From: Anaerolineales bacterium
GTDB lineage: Bacteria > Chloroflexota > Anaerolineae > 4572-78 > NAK82
Length of the DNA: 64,000 nt
Assembly (NCBI GenBank): GCA_020343875.1
Contig: CP070811.1
Span: 4,882,310 to 4,946,309, forward strand
Direction: 5' to 3'
In this document: piece by piece, positions 62,975-64,000 of the stretch
How the letters are laid out: every line of letters begins with the position of its first letter
Position numbering within the stretch: position 1 is the stretch's first letter
The notes under the pieces: model-generated
Database searches by the model: none
The model's input: the letters and a program-made list of their open reading frames with translations, nothing else
Told to the model about the DNA's origin: nothing
Program-made: the position numbers and the translations under genes

Positions 62975-64000
62975 GTGAGTAACAACGGTATATTACAGGG
63001 TAGCTTCTTCATGGACGGCGACACTGCTTGCGCCGAAGGGGCTATCTGTGCCGGCTGCCGCTTCTTTGGCGGTTATCCCATTACGCCGGCCACCGAGATT
63101 GCTGAGCGCATGGCCCGCCGTCTGCCCCAGGTTGGCGGAACCTACATCCAAATGGAAGACGAGATTGCCTCTATCAGCGCCGTGCTGGGTGCTTCGTGGG
63201 CAGGCACGCGAGCGATGACCGCCACCTCCGGCCCAGGCTTCAGCCTGATGATGGAGAACTTGGGCCTGGGCATTATCACCGAGACCCCTTGCGTTTTAGT
63301 GAACGTCCAGCGGGGCGGTCCCTCGACAGGCATGCCAACCCTGGTAGGTCAGGGAGATATGATGCAGGCTCGCTGGGGATCGCACGGCCCTTACGAGACC
63401 ATCGCCCTGAGTCCCGGTTCGCCCCAGGAACTTTTCGATCTGACCATCCGAGCCTTCAACCTGGCCGAAAAATACCGCACGCCTGTGCTGGTGATGACTG
63501 ACGAGGCAGTCGGACATATGACCGAGCGAGTCGTCATCCCACCGCTGGAAGAGATCGAGTATTATGCTCGCCGCAAGCCCCAAGTACCCCCAAATGGGTA
63601 TTTGCCCTATCGCCCCGATCCGGATGGGGTTCCCCCTATGGCCTGTGCGGGGGAAGGCTATCGAATCCACGTGACGGGCCTGACACACAACGAAAAGGGA
63701 TACCCTGATACCGTCAGCGTAGAAACTCAACAGAAGCTGGTCGAGCGGCTAATTCGCAAAATACGCGCCAATCAAGATGACATTATCGAGTTACGCGAGG
63801 ATCAGGTCGAAGAGGCAGACGTAGTCGTGGTGGCTTACGGCATCTCGGCCCGGACGGCCGCGCGACCGGTCCGCATGGCGCGCGAGATGGGGTTGAAGGT
63901 AGGTTTACTCAAGCTGGTGACAGTGTGGCCTTTTGCCGAGGAGCGCATCCGAGAGCTGGCGCCCAAAGTTGAGGGATTCGTGGTACCGGAGATCAACATG
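62975..64000 (+). CDS. korA: 2-oxoglutarate/2-oxoacid:ferredoxin oxidoreductase alpha subunit (3' end outside the window)
   Basis: My own translation of frame 2: VSNNGILQGSFFMDGDTACAEGAICAGCRFFGGYPITPATEIAERMA...TATSGPGFSLMMENLGLG...VNVQRGGPSTGMPT. The frame is open to the window end. Start is uncertain (ATG 62960, GTG 62975 or ATG 63011). Not in the ORF track because it is truncated. Confidence 0.85.
   Translation, partial: MSNNGILQGSFFMDGDTACAEGAICAGCRFFGGYPITPATEIAERMARRLPQVGGTYIQMEDEIASISAVLGASWAGTRAMTATSGPGFSLMMENLGLGIITETPCVLVNVQRGGPSTGMPTLVGQGDMMQARWGSHGPYETIALSPGSPQELFDLTIRAFNLAEKYRTPVLVMTDEAVGHMTERVVIPPLEEIEYYARRKPQVPPNGYLPYRPDPDGVPPMACAGEGYRIHVTGLTHNEKGYPDTVSVETQQKLVERLIRKIRANQDDIIELREDQVEEADVVVVAYGISARTAARPVRMAREMGLKVGLLKLVTVWPFAEERIRELAPKVEGFVVPEINM

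Overview
Gene-dense, GC-rich (roughly 58-60% by eye) bacterial chromosomal window with about 49 protein-coding genes on both strands. I recognise no rRNA, tRNA, CRISPR array, transposase or prophage genes. Housekeeping content: rpoC (no adjacent rpoB), rpsU, gyrA, mutS2, cvpA, hutH, rpsT, asd, thrC, pdp, a tungsten-type aldehyde:ferredoxin oxidoreductase, and the start of a korD/korA 2-oxoacid:ferredoxin oxidoreductase operon. Envelope and signalling content: two GT-C membrane glycosyltransferases (one fused to PA14 and NHL domains), an O-antigen-ligase-like/GtrA/GT4 cluster, an LPXTG protein, an RR-SBP-HK cassette and an ECF sigma/anti-sigma operon. The taxon cannot be fixed from sequence alone; the LPXTG substrate and general protein flavour suggest a monoderm, Chloroflexota-like organism (inference only). 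Items most worth a second look: (1) a 1326-aa single-gene STAND protein at 17771..21751 that combines two cNMP-binding domains, a NACHT NTPase, TPRs and a class III cyclase with non-canonical specificity residues, expressed from a perfect consensus promoter with a ~310-nt leader. (2) A 986-bp ORF-poor gap (10055..11040) with nested helices, including a perfect 16-bp inverted repeat closing a 145-nt multi-hairpin element. (3) A perfect consensus promoter, ~260-nt leader and intrinsic terminator upstream of the AOR gene, which looks like an unclassified riboswitch/attenuator or sRNA. (4) rpoC uncoupled from rpoB and apparently co-transcribed with a tyrosine recombinase. (5) A tandem MoaD-like protein with an internal Gly-Gly. 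All domain calls come from by-eye motif recognition, not database searches.
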